This document shows, piece after piece, positions 29,102-42,290 of a stretch of DNA of 64,000 nt; position 1 is the first letter of the stretch, and every line of letters begins with the position of its first letter. Under the pieces are notes generated by a model, which was not told the origin of the DNA, made no database searches, and saw only the letters and a list, made by a program, of their open reading frames with translations. Location of the stretch: NCBI RefSeq assembly GCF_009914755.1, contig NC_060938.1; one strand, written 5' to 3'. The stretch comes from the human T2T-CHM13v2.0 reference genome, Homo sapiens. Both the position numbers and the translations under genes were made by a program.

Positions 29102-32100
29102 CTGTTGGTAAATTTTAATTAAATTAATATTAATTAAATTAATACACATACTGCAATATTTTCATAAGAAAAATGTAAAATATTACATAGCAATAATAAT
29201 GCAAGATTGTGACAATGGCATGAGAGCCATAATAGTGCAGAAGATTACAACTAAACATAAAACCAATCTAATTTTAATGAAAAAGTAAAAGAATTTTACA
29301 TGTAAATTAATATCTTATTGAATAATTAAGACTCAAACAATTTTTCTCTAAAATATCCAGATAACTGAAATTAAAGAATATAATTTATGCTTGAATTATT
29401 GCTGAAGAATTTTCCCAACTTTCATTTTGTCAGTATAGAAACAATCAAAACAAAACTGTCAATTGGAAAATTACCTTTATTAATTTACCTGAGGGTAGTT
29501 TTAAATTGGTATACTTTAAGTTTATAATTTTTCATGCATGTCTAGAGATGCTTTTAAATATCCATTTGCATAAATGGAAGTGTGTTTAGGGCAAGCTAAT
29601 AGCAAATTATTTTGAAAAGTATTTATCCTTCCTACTTTATCTGAATGTGGGTTTCCCAGATACTTGAACTTCAGTATGGAAATGAAGTAATTAAAAGACC
29701 TTTTAAAGACTTTGAAGGACTGTGATTTCTCGGATGCCTAACGTATGTTGAGTTCAGGGCCAACACAAGTTCAGAGAAAGACTTTTTCAACTATCCCTGA
29801 AATGTGGGTGGTAGTAGTAATGTTTCTAGGTATCAAAGGTTTTCTTACTGCTTGAAAAAAATAGGTATAAATAAGTTGGTAAGGTCCACTAGACACATTA
29901 TTAAAGAGTGTGTATCCTTGAGAAAGAATAAACATAATGTATATTATTTCACTCAGCCTCATAACAACTCTGTGAAATCACAATAATCCTTACTCATGAG
30001 GCTTTACAGAGGAGAAAACTTTGGCAAAGGTCAGCTATTAAATGATAATGTCAAATGGAATCCAAATTCCCTGGAATTCATAGAGATATAAACACTTAAA
30101 GAACAGAGACTTCCATTTTAGTCTCTCTCCGACCTACCCATAAGGGGTTAGATTTATCAGATATCCTTGGAAATGGAGTCCTGGTTGAGATCATGTACCT
30201 GAATTAATTGAAAATTTTTGGTACTTACAAATAAAAATAAAACAGAAGGCTTTTCCTTTAAATTTAGGGAATGAGTTTATGTTTTGTTTTTGTTTTTTAG
30301 ACGAAACACTTGCTTTATCTCTTTGTATTTATTTATATTCTATATTCTGGGTAGGTAATGTTACAGGAAATATACATATTTAAGGGAGTCTAAATAAATA
30401 ACTCAATAAATTTCTGAATAAACATTATTGTACATAAAATATTTATTAGACACATATTTATGTCACAGACCTTGTACCAAACAAGACATGACCTTTTGAT
30501 GCTATCAGTTGGAAAAATAATGTTGGTAACAGCAGTGTAGCAGTGTATGCATTTACATACATGCACGTATTTCTTTAAAGATATTTTAGGTATGACATGA
30601 AATTCCATTAGTTGCTACTCTGGCGGTTTGAATACCATAAAGGCAATGTTTGATTTTGAATGTTTTCAGTTATTTAATTATATATTACATATGCACAAAA
30701 AAGAGTCACAGAACAAATGTAAAGATAAAGGATTTCAGTTTATGTATCTACTGCCAAGTCTTACTTTTTATATGTTATTTAAAATTATGTATAATGAATT
30801 TTTATAACACTGTTGAACCTTTTTTTCGTAATTTAAACTTGGTTAAAAAGAGAAAATATCTTGTCTTTAAAAATCTATACAATAATTTTTGAGACCTAAA
30901 TATTTAAGTCTTTCATAGTAAAATTAAGCAATAATGCAGCTTATGAAAACTACAAAAAATGTCAGTTGTGCCTAAAATTTTTCATCGTTTAGGTTATTTT
31001 ATATGGTGTAAGTTGTTTATAATATTATAACTAGTGTAATAATTCAAATCAAACAAAGATACTTAAGCAACATCAATAGCTCTCGATTCCTTCTAAGGAC
31101 ATATATCTTTACAATAAATAAGCCTATTACTGAAGAAAATTTATAAAAAGTTGGCAGGTAAAATGAAAATAAAACTCACTAGTCAAAACCCAAGAATTTT
31201 ATGATAGTCCTGTCACTTTAAAAAGAGACAATTATAAATATGTGCAAATACATTTATTCATTTAAAAAGTTTATTAGAATAAAGAATATCTGATAGATAA
31301 TGATAACGCAATGAGCTGTACAAACTTTTCAAAAGTCAATGTAATATAAAATACTAAAAGAGTAATAAGTATAAATAAGTAATAAAGTCCAGGATTTTCA
31401 CAAAGATATAGAACTGAGAATCAAGTGGATCTTGAATTTTCCACTGGTTTTCTAATTACAACATGATTTTAGCAGAGTTTCTGGGGCTACATAGAAATAA
31501 TTAAACATATCTTAAATATTCTCCATTACGTGGTCTTCAAAATTTTGCTTTATTTGGTCTGCAGAATTTTCCCTGAATCCTTCTCAATATGATGAAAAAA
31601 CAAAACAAAAAAAAACTCAGGAACAAGAATCCTGATACCCAGTGGTCCTTTTGCACCCAGAGACGATGCTCTTTAGTCCTTAAACTTGTAAGAAATCTAA
31701 CCTTAAATTACAAATAAATAGCTCTGATTTTAGAATATGTCTTCATAGTAAATCCTCTGTTGATTTAATATTATTTTCCAGGGAGAGAGAAGTTTTCATA
31801 TATGGGAATATTTTTCAGGTAGATACATATCATCTTATAACATTTAATATAAAACAAAATAAAAACTTTCCAGAAGTCCCCAAATTTAACAATTTTATAG
31901 AATTCATAACCTAAATTAGACCAAATACATTGGAGTGTAAACTAGTGTTCTATAAAAGAAAGTCTCAATTAAACCCATCAAATACCAACTTTCTAAGTAA
32001 CCATACTCTTTTATAAGTGGAATATAGACATTCAAAGAAGGAAAATCAAAGAAACGTGTAACAACGATAAAAATGATATGCAATCCCACAAAAGAAAAAA

Positions 32101-32389
32101 ATAATCCCACAGCTGCAGAAATAGCAAATATTAAGCAGGTTGGTAAATGGCTCCATATTTCAATATTTAGGAAAATCTATAAACCTCAATTATCAGTATT
32201 AAAAAATTGTATTTATACTCCTATCCTTTGAAATTTAAAATCTACATTTAATGCCAATTTTACTGATTCTGAACAATTGTGTTTTAAACCAACTAAGAAT
32301 AGTTACTAAACAATTTTTGTATATTTATAAACATTATATTTTTGTATTTATTAAATATAGTGCCATTTTGTAAGTTAAAATATACTTAC

Positions 32390-32410
32390 TCAAATGAGGA
32401 TTTACAGGAG
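32390..32410 (-). CDS. MDGA2: MDGA2 21-nt microexon (phase 1-1), FN3-MAM linker (A)PVNPHL(R)
   Basis: Minus strand ...tttcttttgcttttcttgtag|CTCCTGTAAATCCTCATTTGA|gtaagta. Consensus donor, long pyrimidine tract and CTAAC branch site. Joins ...IKYS to EFHCGF in frame. Confidence 0.9.
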
Positions 32411-33947
32411 CTACAAGAAAAGCAAAAGAAACAAACAAACAAAAAAACAATGTTAGCATGGCTTGAATGTCTTTTATAAATAAAAGTCTAATCAGTGTCT
32501 CATAGTTCCTTACCAAAACTTAATGATCTTTCCCACTGTGGCCATTGAGATTTATATCTGCAATCCATTTTGTTTTAGAGGATTGAATATAATCTGCTTT
32601 GGAGCTCAGCAATAACAGCCTCAAATTACCAAAAAGACCAATGCTAAATAGCACAGGAAATGTTCCCTTTTCAAGGTATAGAGTTTCTGACCTCTTAAAT
32701 ATCTGAACTAGTGCTAAACAAAAATACTCAGATATCAAAACTGAGGCTGAAACTAGGCCAATCTATAATCTAGGTGATTTAAAAATGAAAACAATTATCT
32801 AGCAGAGTTTCCACTTTTGTTTTTTGCTGTTTTCTACTTCTACTGAGAGTAAAGTAGAAAGTTCATGGCACAGATGAAAATAAAGCAATCCTGATATCAT
32901 GTTGTAATATGTGTACTAAAATGAATAGCTACATCAATGCCTTTTTGTTTAATTACAGTAAAATATACACATACATATACACGTGTGCATGCACACAGAA
33001 TTTTAAAATGATGAGCAATACATTTTCTGTTCTGGGGTACCAAAAGAATTTTTTTTCCCCTAAAACTAATTATATTTGCAATACAAGTGCCAATGAATTT
33101 CCACCCAAAGAGAAATGAATACTTTAAATATTACTAACACAACAACAAAAATATCTCTCATCTAAGGGCCAAATTTGTATCTGTATATATCAATTAACCA
33201 CTTATCACTCTGAGAAAATATTCCAATCTGGATGAAGGACAGCATTGATGTAATTCCCCAAGATTACAATGGGCAGAATGTAGTTTCCCAGGATTACAAT
33301 TGGCAGTTAATTTACAGTGCAGAACTTATCTGATTTGTCATTTTCTTAGTGGTTGTCATTAACCACTTTTGTTAAATTTGTGCAACAGTAATAAACTCTG
33401 ACGGGCAAAAATATTCATATATAATTGCAACATTAGTATACAAATGATAAATTTTAACAGAGTAACTTTTTCAATGATTTCCACTATTCCTACATACAGA
33501 AGACAATTCCCATTACTGTAGTTGTTTTTCTGATTCTACATTCCACATTGCAAATTATGAAAAGAATAACAGAAAAGGAACTGAAAGTGAACTAAAAATA
33601 ACAATTTAATTTTTTGGCAAGATATCCATGTATTTTAATTTTAAAATTAGTAAAAATTAAAATTATTTCATAGTTAATATGAAATTCTTAAAAAATTATG
33701 TGCTATCTTTCAAAGATGTAAGCGTCCTTGAATTATAACTTAGTTCTAAGATATGTTGTATGTACATGTAAAGCTCTTACCAGACTGAATTTTAATTGAG
33801 ACTTTGCCTCCAACATTTAATTCACCAAATTCACTATACATAATGCAGTTAACTTTGTGAAAATTTGCACAAACTTCTAAATAGTTCAGCGAGTCCAGTT
33901 TTTTCTTCTTTCATTTGAACTTGCATGTATAATTTTTTTATAAATGC

Positions 33948-34312
33948 ATATTATAGACAATTGTGTCCCCATAAAAATGCATATGTCAATGCCTAATCCC
34001 CAATGTGATTGTATTTGGGGATAAATCCTTTAGGGAGGTAATTAAGATTAAATTAATCTTGGCCCCAATCCAATGGGATTGGTGTCCTTATAAGAGGAGG
34101 AGGAGACACCAGAGAGCTCTCTCTGCCATGTGAAGAAGACATGGTGAAAAAGTGACCATCTATAAATTAGGAAGAGAGCTCTCACCAGAAGCTAACTATG
34201 CCAGTGCTTTGATCTTGGACTTCTCAGCCTCTAAAAGTGTGAGAAATAAGTTTGTGTTGTTTAAGCCTCCCACTATGGTATTTTGTTATGGCAGCCCAAA
34301 CAGACTAATACA
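33948..34312 (+). mobile_element. MaLR solo LTR (MLT1A-like)
   Basis: tgtgtcccc...aatccccaatgtgattgtatttgg...ggtgtccttataagagg...ttgatcttggacttctcagcctc...tggtattttgttatggcagcccaaacagactaataca. Confidence 0.88.
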
Positions 34313-34946
34313 TTGCCTCTAAACCATTAAAGTATACATTGCCCAAACCTATATCACATAAAAATAATTTTAATAAAAATGTTGGAGATCTGAATATGTA
34401 TGCCTAAGTATGTAAAAACAATTTTGAAAACTTATTATTAAAAGTAATATCTATTTCCTGCTTGTGTTTTTCATTTTAGTTTGTTGCCTCAGAGTTTTCA
34501 ATAACCACTACTAAGCTAATTAACTTTTTAAAATCTCTTAAGGAAAGTCATAATGATCAATTAACTTTAGCAAAGAAGTAAAGATCTTCTCTAATGGAGT
34601 GGTGAACCCTAATTCTAGTCAGGTTTGTCATTTCACAGTCATTTAACTTTGCAGGACACTGAAACTTTCTGGGTCCGAATATCTTCATCTTTTAAAGATA
34701 TTGATATTAATGCACTCTACATTATACATCTTATTTATTTGGTAAAAACTGTAAGTACAAACAACTTTAATGAGTTGTTAATAGTTTTACTTCATATTTC
34801 ACGTTTGACAGTATTCACTACTTTCCCCTTAAGCAGGAAACGTATACTTAAGGGTAAACACAATGGAGTACTTCAGCTGCAAACAAAGCATTCTATTATC
34901 TTTTTAACTCAGGCTCTGATAATCAGTGATAAAAAGAATCACGTTT

Positions 34947-35230
34947 GGCCGGGTGCTGTGGCTCATGCCTGTAATCCAAGCACTTTGGGAGGCTGAAGTG
35001 GGTGGATCACCTGAGGTCAGAAGTTTGAGACCAGGCTGCCCATGGAGAAACCCCCTCTCTACTAAACATACAAACATTAGCTGGGCGTGGTGGCAAGTGC
35101 ATGTAATACCAGCTACTGGGGAGGCTGAGGCAGGAGATTCACTTGAACTCAAGAGGCGGAGGTTGCAGTGAGTTGAGATCATGCCACTGCACTCCAGCCT
35201 GGGAGACAGAGTGAGACTCCATCTCAAAAA
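34947..35230 (+). mobile_element. AluS (Sx-like)
   Basis: Full dimer, ggccgggtgctgtggctcatgcctgtaatcc...ggatcacctgaggtcag...gagtgagactccatctcaaaaa. Confidence 0.95.
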
Positions 35231-35422
35231 TATATATATAGTAATAATAATATTCTACTGAAGCAATACAATAAATATGAACTGTTTAAATAATGATTCA
35301 TTCAAACCTGAAATACATTGAAAATTCTACAGCTAACACTGAATATTAAAATTCTAAAATGCACACAAATTTCAATTTTTGAAATATTTATCTCTTTAGT
35401 ATACAGTAAAATAACATATCTA

Positions 35423-35743
<321 letters not shown>

Positions 35744-35908
35744 CTAATTGCCATTGTTTCTCTTTGAGATATTAATTCTAGATAAAAGTTTTAGATCCAC
35801 TTTTAACTTTTTCAAAGTTCTGCACTAATTTCTATTTTTCTCCAAATAGGACATTTAAGTAGTGAAGAAATATTTTATGCATATAGTTAATAAAAAGAAA
35901 ACTATCAC

Positions 35909-35910
<2 letters not shown>

Positions 35911-35954
<44 letters not shown>
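35911..35954. repeat. (AC)22 microsatellite; (UG)22 in the MDGA2 pre-mRNA
   Basis: Perfect dinucleotide run read directly. Confidence 0.98.
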
Positions 35955-35959
<5 letters not shown>

Positions 35960-35999
35960 TTTAGCATTTTTTAACATTAGCAATATGAAAAATGAATGG

Positions 36000-36590
36000 C
36001 CACCAACAACCAAGACCAAAATCCGGCAACTAAGATGTCTTTTGATATGTATATAAATAAACTGGTACATTTATGCAATGGAGATTATTCAATGATAAAA
36101 AGAAATGTGCTATGAAGTCCCAAAAAGGCATACAGAAATCTTATGTATTTCTAAGTGAAATAAGGCAGTCTAAAAAGCACTACATGCTGTATGATTCCAA
36201 ATTTACAACATTCTCGAAAAGGAGAAACTATAGACAGAGTAAACATATCATTGGTTGCCCGGACTGGAGAAAGGAGAGATAAATGGGTAGAGCATGGGAA
36301 CTTTTCAGGCAGTGAAACTATTCTGTGTGATACTGTAATGGTGGAGAAATTATATACACTTGTCAAAATCCATATAACTGCACAACACAAATAACTGTAA
36401 TGTATAAAACTGATTTTAATAATAATTTCTTAGTAGTTGTTAATCAATTTTTACCAATGTACCACAATAATGTAAGACGTTAATAATGGGGATACTGTGT
36501 CAGGGAGACGGGGCTCTGTATACTTCCTGCCAATTTTCTGTAAACCTTAAACTGCTCAAAAACTGAAATCTATTAATTTTATTTAAAAAA
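36000..36590 (+). mobile_element. L1MC-type 3' end
   Basis: ataaactggtacatttatgcaatggagattattc...tgtatgattccaa...gaaaaggagaaactatagacag...gtgaaactattctgtgtgatactgtaatggtgga...aattttctgtaaaccttaaactgctc. Confidence 0.82.
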
Positions 36591-36956
36591 CAGAAAATGA
36601 ATTTTGATCTTTTTTTACTTCTTAAAAAGTTTTAAAGTCATCAAGAATTTGAAAAGATAAAATGCAGACAAATATTGTATTATAACTTGTAGGATCAAAA
36701 ATAAAGAAACATTGCTTATATCACATAGGTTCACAATTAACTAAATTATTCTATATCTCTACATTTGTAATCAAATGTCACATTTATGGTGATTAAGGTT
36801 TTTGTTTTTGTTTTTTTGTTTAGTTAACTGGCTAATGATCCAGAAAGTCAATATGCTAAGTTTTACTTTGTGTCTAAATTTGGTAGATAGCAGCAACCAA
36901 AATTTTCCATATAGTTAAATATATAAATAAATAATTTTAAATGAAAGGCTACTTAC

Positions 36957-37134
36957 CACTATATTTGATCACACGAATTGTTGAATCTCCTTCACCAAAT
37001 TTGGTGAGAGGAGTCAGTCGGACTTCATAAGCTTCTGGTTTAATTAGCTCTGTCAAGTTATATGTAATTAATTCTCCCTTTTGAATATTCCCATTTATTT
37101 TAATCTCCTGCTCCCACCAGCGCTGCTGTCCAGC
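36957..37134 (-). CDS. MDGA2: MDGA2 coding exon (178 nt, phase 0 to 1), C-terminal part of the FN3 domain
   Basis: Minus strand ttttgatttcag|GCTGGACAG...TATAGTG|gtaagt. Translates [59 protein letters not shown], with an FN3-type L-x-P-x-x-Y-x-V motif and an N-L-T sequon. In frame with the downstream exons. Confidence 0.96.
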
Positions 37135-39740
37135 CTGAAATCAAAACAATAATAGAATAATGTTCCCAGTATGTTCTTCAGAGGTACTAAGAAAATTGAA
37201 AACAAATTTTGAAATTTTATTAAATCAAAAAGTACGTATATTAATGAATACGTATTATTAAAGTTCAAGTTTCTATAATGATAAACAAATTTTGAGATGT
37301 TTGCATGCATATGTTTGCAGGTAATTGCCAAATGATCAGAGGTATTTAATAGATTTAATATATCATCTAATGTTTAGTAAGAGTCAGAAAATTCCAAAGT
37401 GTCTCTGATCTTGAAGTCGGGAGAGATCAAAGTTTAGCTACTTCTTGCTTAACATATTAATGGCATACGAGATTCTTGAATACTTACAACTCTATCACAT
37501 TAGCAAACATATGCATTGCATATATAACTGTTCCCATATATTATGGGCATTAAAAGTATAAAACAAAGACAAATCCTTAACTTTTCAAGTTTATTAAAAA
37601 GAGAGGCACAATAAACAAATGTATAATATAAAATTTCAGTTAGTCATATGTACAATAGAGAAAAATAAAAAATCACAAGGAGATTGAAAGTCATAGTGGG
37701 AAGGCTGGAAAGGGGCACTCTTTAGTTAAATCAGAGGACATCTCCATAAGAAGAATGTTAGGAAGTTAAGATGAAGGGTAGGAATTTACCATGGGATTTG
37801 GCAAGATGGAAGCGATGGTCTCCTTGAAATAAATGGTGTCAGAGTAATGAAGATGAAAGTGTGATTGTAATATGTTAAAAGAAGAATGAGTTTCACAATG
37901 CTTCCCTCACTAAAAAATCACAATGCTCAGATAATTTCACAGCACAGTTATCAAAATGTTCAGGAAAGAATTCTAATCTTTTACAAAATCTTGCAGATAT
38001 TTTTAAAAAGAAAAACAATAACTCTCCAGCTATGTTATTTAATTTAAACCAAAAAGGATGGTACAAGAAAGAAAAACTTATGTATACAAACCGAATTCAT
38101 AAAGTTTTAACATACAATATTGTTTCCAAATTCATCATACAGTACTGTTATCAAATTCATCAAGTTTTACATCCAGTATTGTTTCTCTTGCAAGGATGCA
38201 AGAATTGCTTAACATTAGAAAATGTGTTAACATAGTTAACTGGCAAAAGAAGAAAAAACATATTTCTACTAGATGGAGAAAAATTTGGGAAACATCAACT
38301 CCTATTTATAATAAAACTATGAACATGCTAGGAATGAAAGGGAACTTGATTAATCTGATAAAGAAGATCCAACAAAAAGGTAGAGGATGCTTTATTTTTA
38401 ATGCTTATATATTAGAAATTTTTTTAGAATTACAAGTGAGAATGCTCAACATTATTTAAAATTGTACTTTAGTAACAATAAAGTGTATAATAATTGGAAA
38501 AACAAAACCAAAATAGATCTATAGAGTTGTCTACGTAGGAATCTCTCTCTTTCCTTTTCTCTCACTCTATCCTTCCATATGCATATACACTTGAATGTCT
38601 TTTACAAGCACTTTGAAGCTTTCTTTATTAAATGTATGCATATAATTTATTAGATGAGATAACAGGTAATCCACAGCTTTGTTTGCTATTGTAAATTGTA
38701 ACTTTTAAGCTATTAATATTTTGCTGGCTTATACAATTGTGACAGATTTTTTTATTCTCCTTAATTCAGATATATATATATGACAAATACAGTCCTCTTT
38801 CTATATGTATCTAAACATATAGTATGCATCATTGCCTTGTAATATGTGTCTGATATTTTTCTTAGCTGAAATCTATGGTATCCTTTTTCATGGGGCTTTT
38901 CTCCTTTTATTTGCTTGGTTATTTTTCACTGGTGCTGATAATATGGCTTAAAATTCTATTATTGGGGGTTATCTGTGGCCTATGACAAAGACATATTCTG
39001 TATAGATGTACCATTGTTTCTGACATGCTCCTAAGGTCATCAACAACATGGCCTACTTTTACTTTGATTGTGAAACTCTTTGGTGTCACAAATTAGAGTG
39101 GAGAAGATCCCTTGCTTTGAGAAGGCCTTGAGTTTTCATTGCTGTCTGCCTCAATGGTGCCAAACTATTAAGAATCAAAGTTCAAGTTTGTCTGGGTTGG
39201 CAAACAGCTGAGGGCAAAAGTAGTTTGGGCAGAAATTCTGTTACTTTTGAATGCCATTTTCCCTTGGATTTTTACTTAGTACTTTCTCTATGTACACACA
39301 CATACACATGTACACATTATATGCACAGGTACACACACATACACATATCACATAATATGCACATATGTTCACATATATGCACATACTATATGTTCATAAG
39401 TATTTGTTTTCTGAAGGTTAAGTTAGTCCTAATTATACAGTCTTGACTGCTACATTTCTGGAAATAAAAACTACAATATGTGTGCTACAGCACAGTCCTA
39501 CACAAATGACAAATTAAATAATGGCATGGGAAGAAAGCCCAAATATAAAATATATAGAGTGTCTGCACAGAAGAGAGAAAAATATATACCATTCAATTGG
39601 TTATGCATATGGAAAAAAACCACTTGAATTGGAACCTTATATCTTATACATAAAATTCAGTCTCAGGAGTATTAAACAATTAAATTTAAAACATACAATT
39701 TAAATCAGTTAGGAAAAATACAGAAAAAATGTTATTATGA

Positions 39741-40059
<319 letters not shown>

Positions 40060-40519
40060 AATATATTGCTTTCTTAAACAGAATAGGGAAGGATGAATCA
40101 TGAAGAAAAAGATTGAGAAATTTGTCTACCAAATTTAAAATTAATTAAATATAAACTTTCAAGTTAAAAAATTTGTTCTCATCAGTATTCACCATTAAAC
40201 AGGAAAAATACAAGCCAGAGGTTTGAAGAAGATATTATACACATGTTAATATACACAATTAACTAGACTTTATTAAAAACTCATTTTGATAACAAGGAAA
40301 AGAATTCAGTAGCAAATTGAGCCAAATAACAACAAGTAATTCATAGATGAGGAAATCCAAATAAGTAAGTAACTAAAGAAGAGGCTTAGCCTCACAATGA
40401 ATCAACGAAATGGAAATTAAAACCACAACTTTATTTTCCACCATCAAGTAGGCAGAAACTTTTTAAAGATTAACTATTAGGGCTTTGTATAGATGTAAAA
40501 CAATGAGAATCTTTGTGCA

Positions 40520-41028
40520 TGTCAGAACCAGAGGATTGGGGTGGGAAACAAATGAGATTTTTATCCTACGTATAAGCTAACAAGTTAGCCTGCCACAATA
40601 TCATGAATATTAGCAGAAGACTGGAGACTACTTGGTCAGAGAAAATGACTCATGACTCAGCTAAATCCCAAGCTTTATTTTAGCATTGATCCTCCTTACC
40701 TCTGAAGTTCCACAGAAGTACTGCAGATGTGCCAAGGAGGACGCTGCACATGCCTTGATTGTGCGTCACATCTGAAGGACTCTGAGTTTAAGAAACCTTA
40801 GTCTTTATAACTGATAGTAACCAAATGTGTCCAACCATTGCCCAGAAAGGAGACATCACAGGACATCAAACAAACCTCCCCTCTGTTCCAGAAGAAGACA
40901 CTACATTCAAAAGACGTTTGCTATGCTAATGACTCGAAAAGACAGGTTGTAATAAAAGGGCAACTGGTGCCTCTGGGCACAAGACACAAAGAAATATAAG
41001 CAATCCATGAAAAATTGTCTTTCAAACA
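40520..41028 (-). mobile_element. ERVL-class solo LTR (LTR40-like)
   Basis: The reverse strand starts tgtttgaaagacaatttttcatgg...gtcttgtgcccagaggcacc and ends in ca; the plus strand contains aagctaacaagttagcctgccac. Confidence 0.7.
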
Positions 41029-41799
41029 TGTGTCCTTGATGAAAATGCAAATTGGTATAAGTTTGGAGAGTAATTTGCATTAAAAGCCATGTTACAATGA
41101 GAACAGATAAATTCTTATACTTGGAAACAAGTATATTCATCGCATAGAAAATGGAAAATGATCTATACCTCAATCGTTTAAGAGGTGATAATGAAATTGT
41201 AGACTCTTCATAAACTGGAATATAAAATATAGCATGAAAAAGGAACCTATGCAACATACATCAACATGGAAAATTTTCACAAAATATTGAACTAAAATTA
41301 ATTTTGAAGTAGATATGTTATAAAATTTAGTTTTAAACTATGCATTTTAAAGAGGATGTATAGCTATGTACATATTAAAGAATAAAGAAATGAAGAGAAA
41401 TAATAAACACTGAGTTGAAGATACTGTTTAAATAGGTTAGGAGAGTGCAAGAGATGATGATGCAGTTGTGAGGGGTAAAGAAAGGACTTCAACTCTACCA
41501 GGTGATTTTTGTTTTGTTTTGTTTTGTTTTAGATTAATGGTAGATGTAAAAATTATGATTATGTTATTTTGTGTAGGCCTGAAATGTTTCTCTGTTTTTA
41601 ATAAAGAGAATTAGAGAATAAGAGAGAGAAGGAATTCTGAATTTTCTTAAAACTCTTTCCCCCTTGAATTCTATGACAGTGCTCTCTCTCATATTGCTTC
41701 CCACATCAGCATCTTTGGCTACTCCTTATTTTCTTTTCCTGTGTTCTAAATGTTGATGTTCTCCAGAATTTTGTATATGGCGTTTGTGGTACTCTGTAT

Positions 41800-41990
41800 T
41801 AGTGGTTCTCATATTTCTGCATGCATGAGAATCACTAGATGACACTGTTAACCAAAATTCTAAGTCTCAACCATCAGCAATTATGGTTCAATGAGATCTA
41901 AAAATACGATCTTTAAAAAGCATCTCCTCTCCCACATAGTAATTTGGACACAAATAATCCAGAGGCTACATTTAGTGAGGCACAGATTAG
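41800..41990. mobile_element. MER5-like hAT DNA transposon relic
   Basis: tagtggttctca...gcatgagaatcac...tttaaaaagcatctcc...ctacatttagtgaggcac. Confidence 0.55.
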
Positions 41991-42089
41991 TCCTGCTAAA
42001 CCACCTCATTACTATTAGTAGCTTCTTCTAATATCTCTACATTGATAACTTCCTAACTTGTATTTTCAGCTCAGAAAATTAAGAAAAAA

Positions 42090-42290
42090 AATACATCTAT
42101 TAGTCTTTACCATGTGCCACTATTTTAACTGTCTTATACCTATCATTATATGTAATATCCCACAAACCCTAGCAGGTAGTAACTATATTTAGCCCTATTT
42201 CATGAATGAAAAAACTGAGGCAGAGACAGGTTAAGGTAACTCTTTTAAGTGGCAGCTTCAGAATGTGGTTAGACCCAAAATGACTCTTTT
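42090..42290 (-). mobile_element. MIR SINE
   Basis: cctatttcatgaatgaaaaaactgaggcagagacaggttaaggtaact. Confidence 0.72.

Noticed and set aside
32334-32516. 60-aa ORF with a hydrophobic, TM-like stretch
   Set aside because: The hydrophobic run is the translated polypyrimidine tract; only APVNPHL belongs to the microexon.
32983-32996. 14-bp palindrome gtgtgcatgcacac containing TGCATG (RBFOX motif) on both strands
   Set aside because: It sits in CA/TG low-complexity sequence about 580 nt from the microexon and could easily arise by chance.
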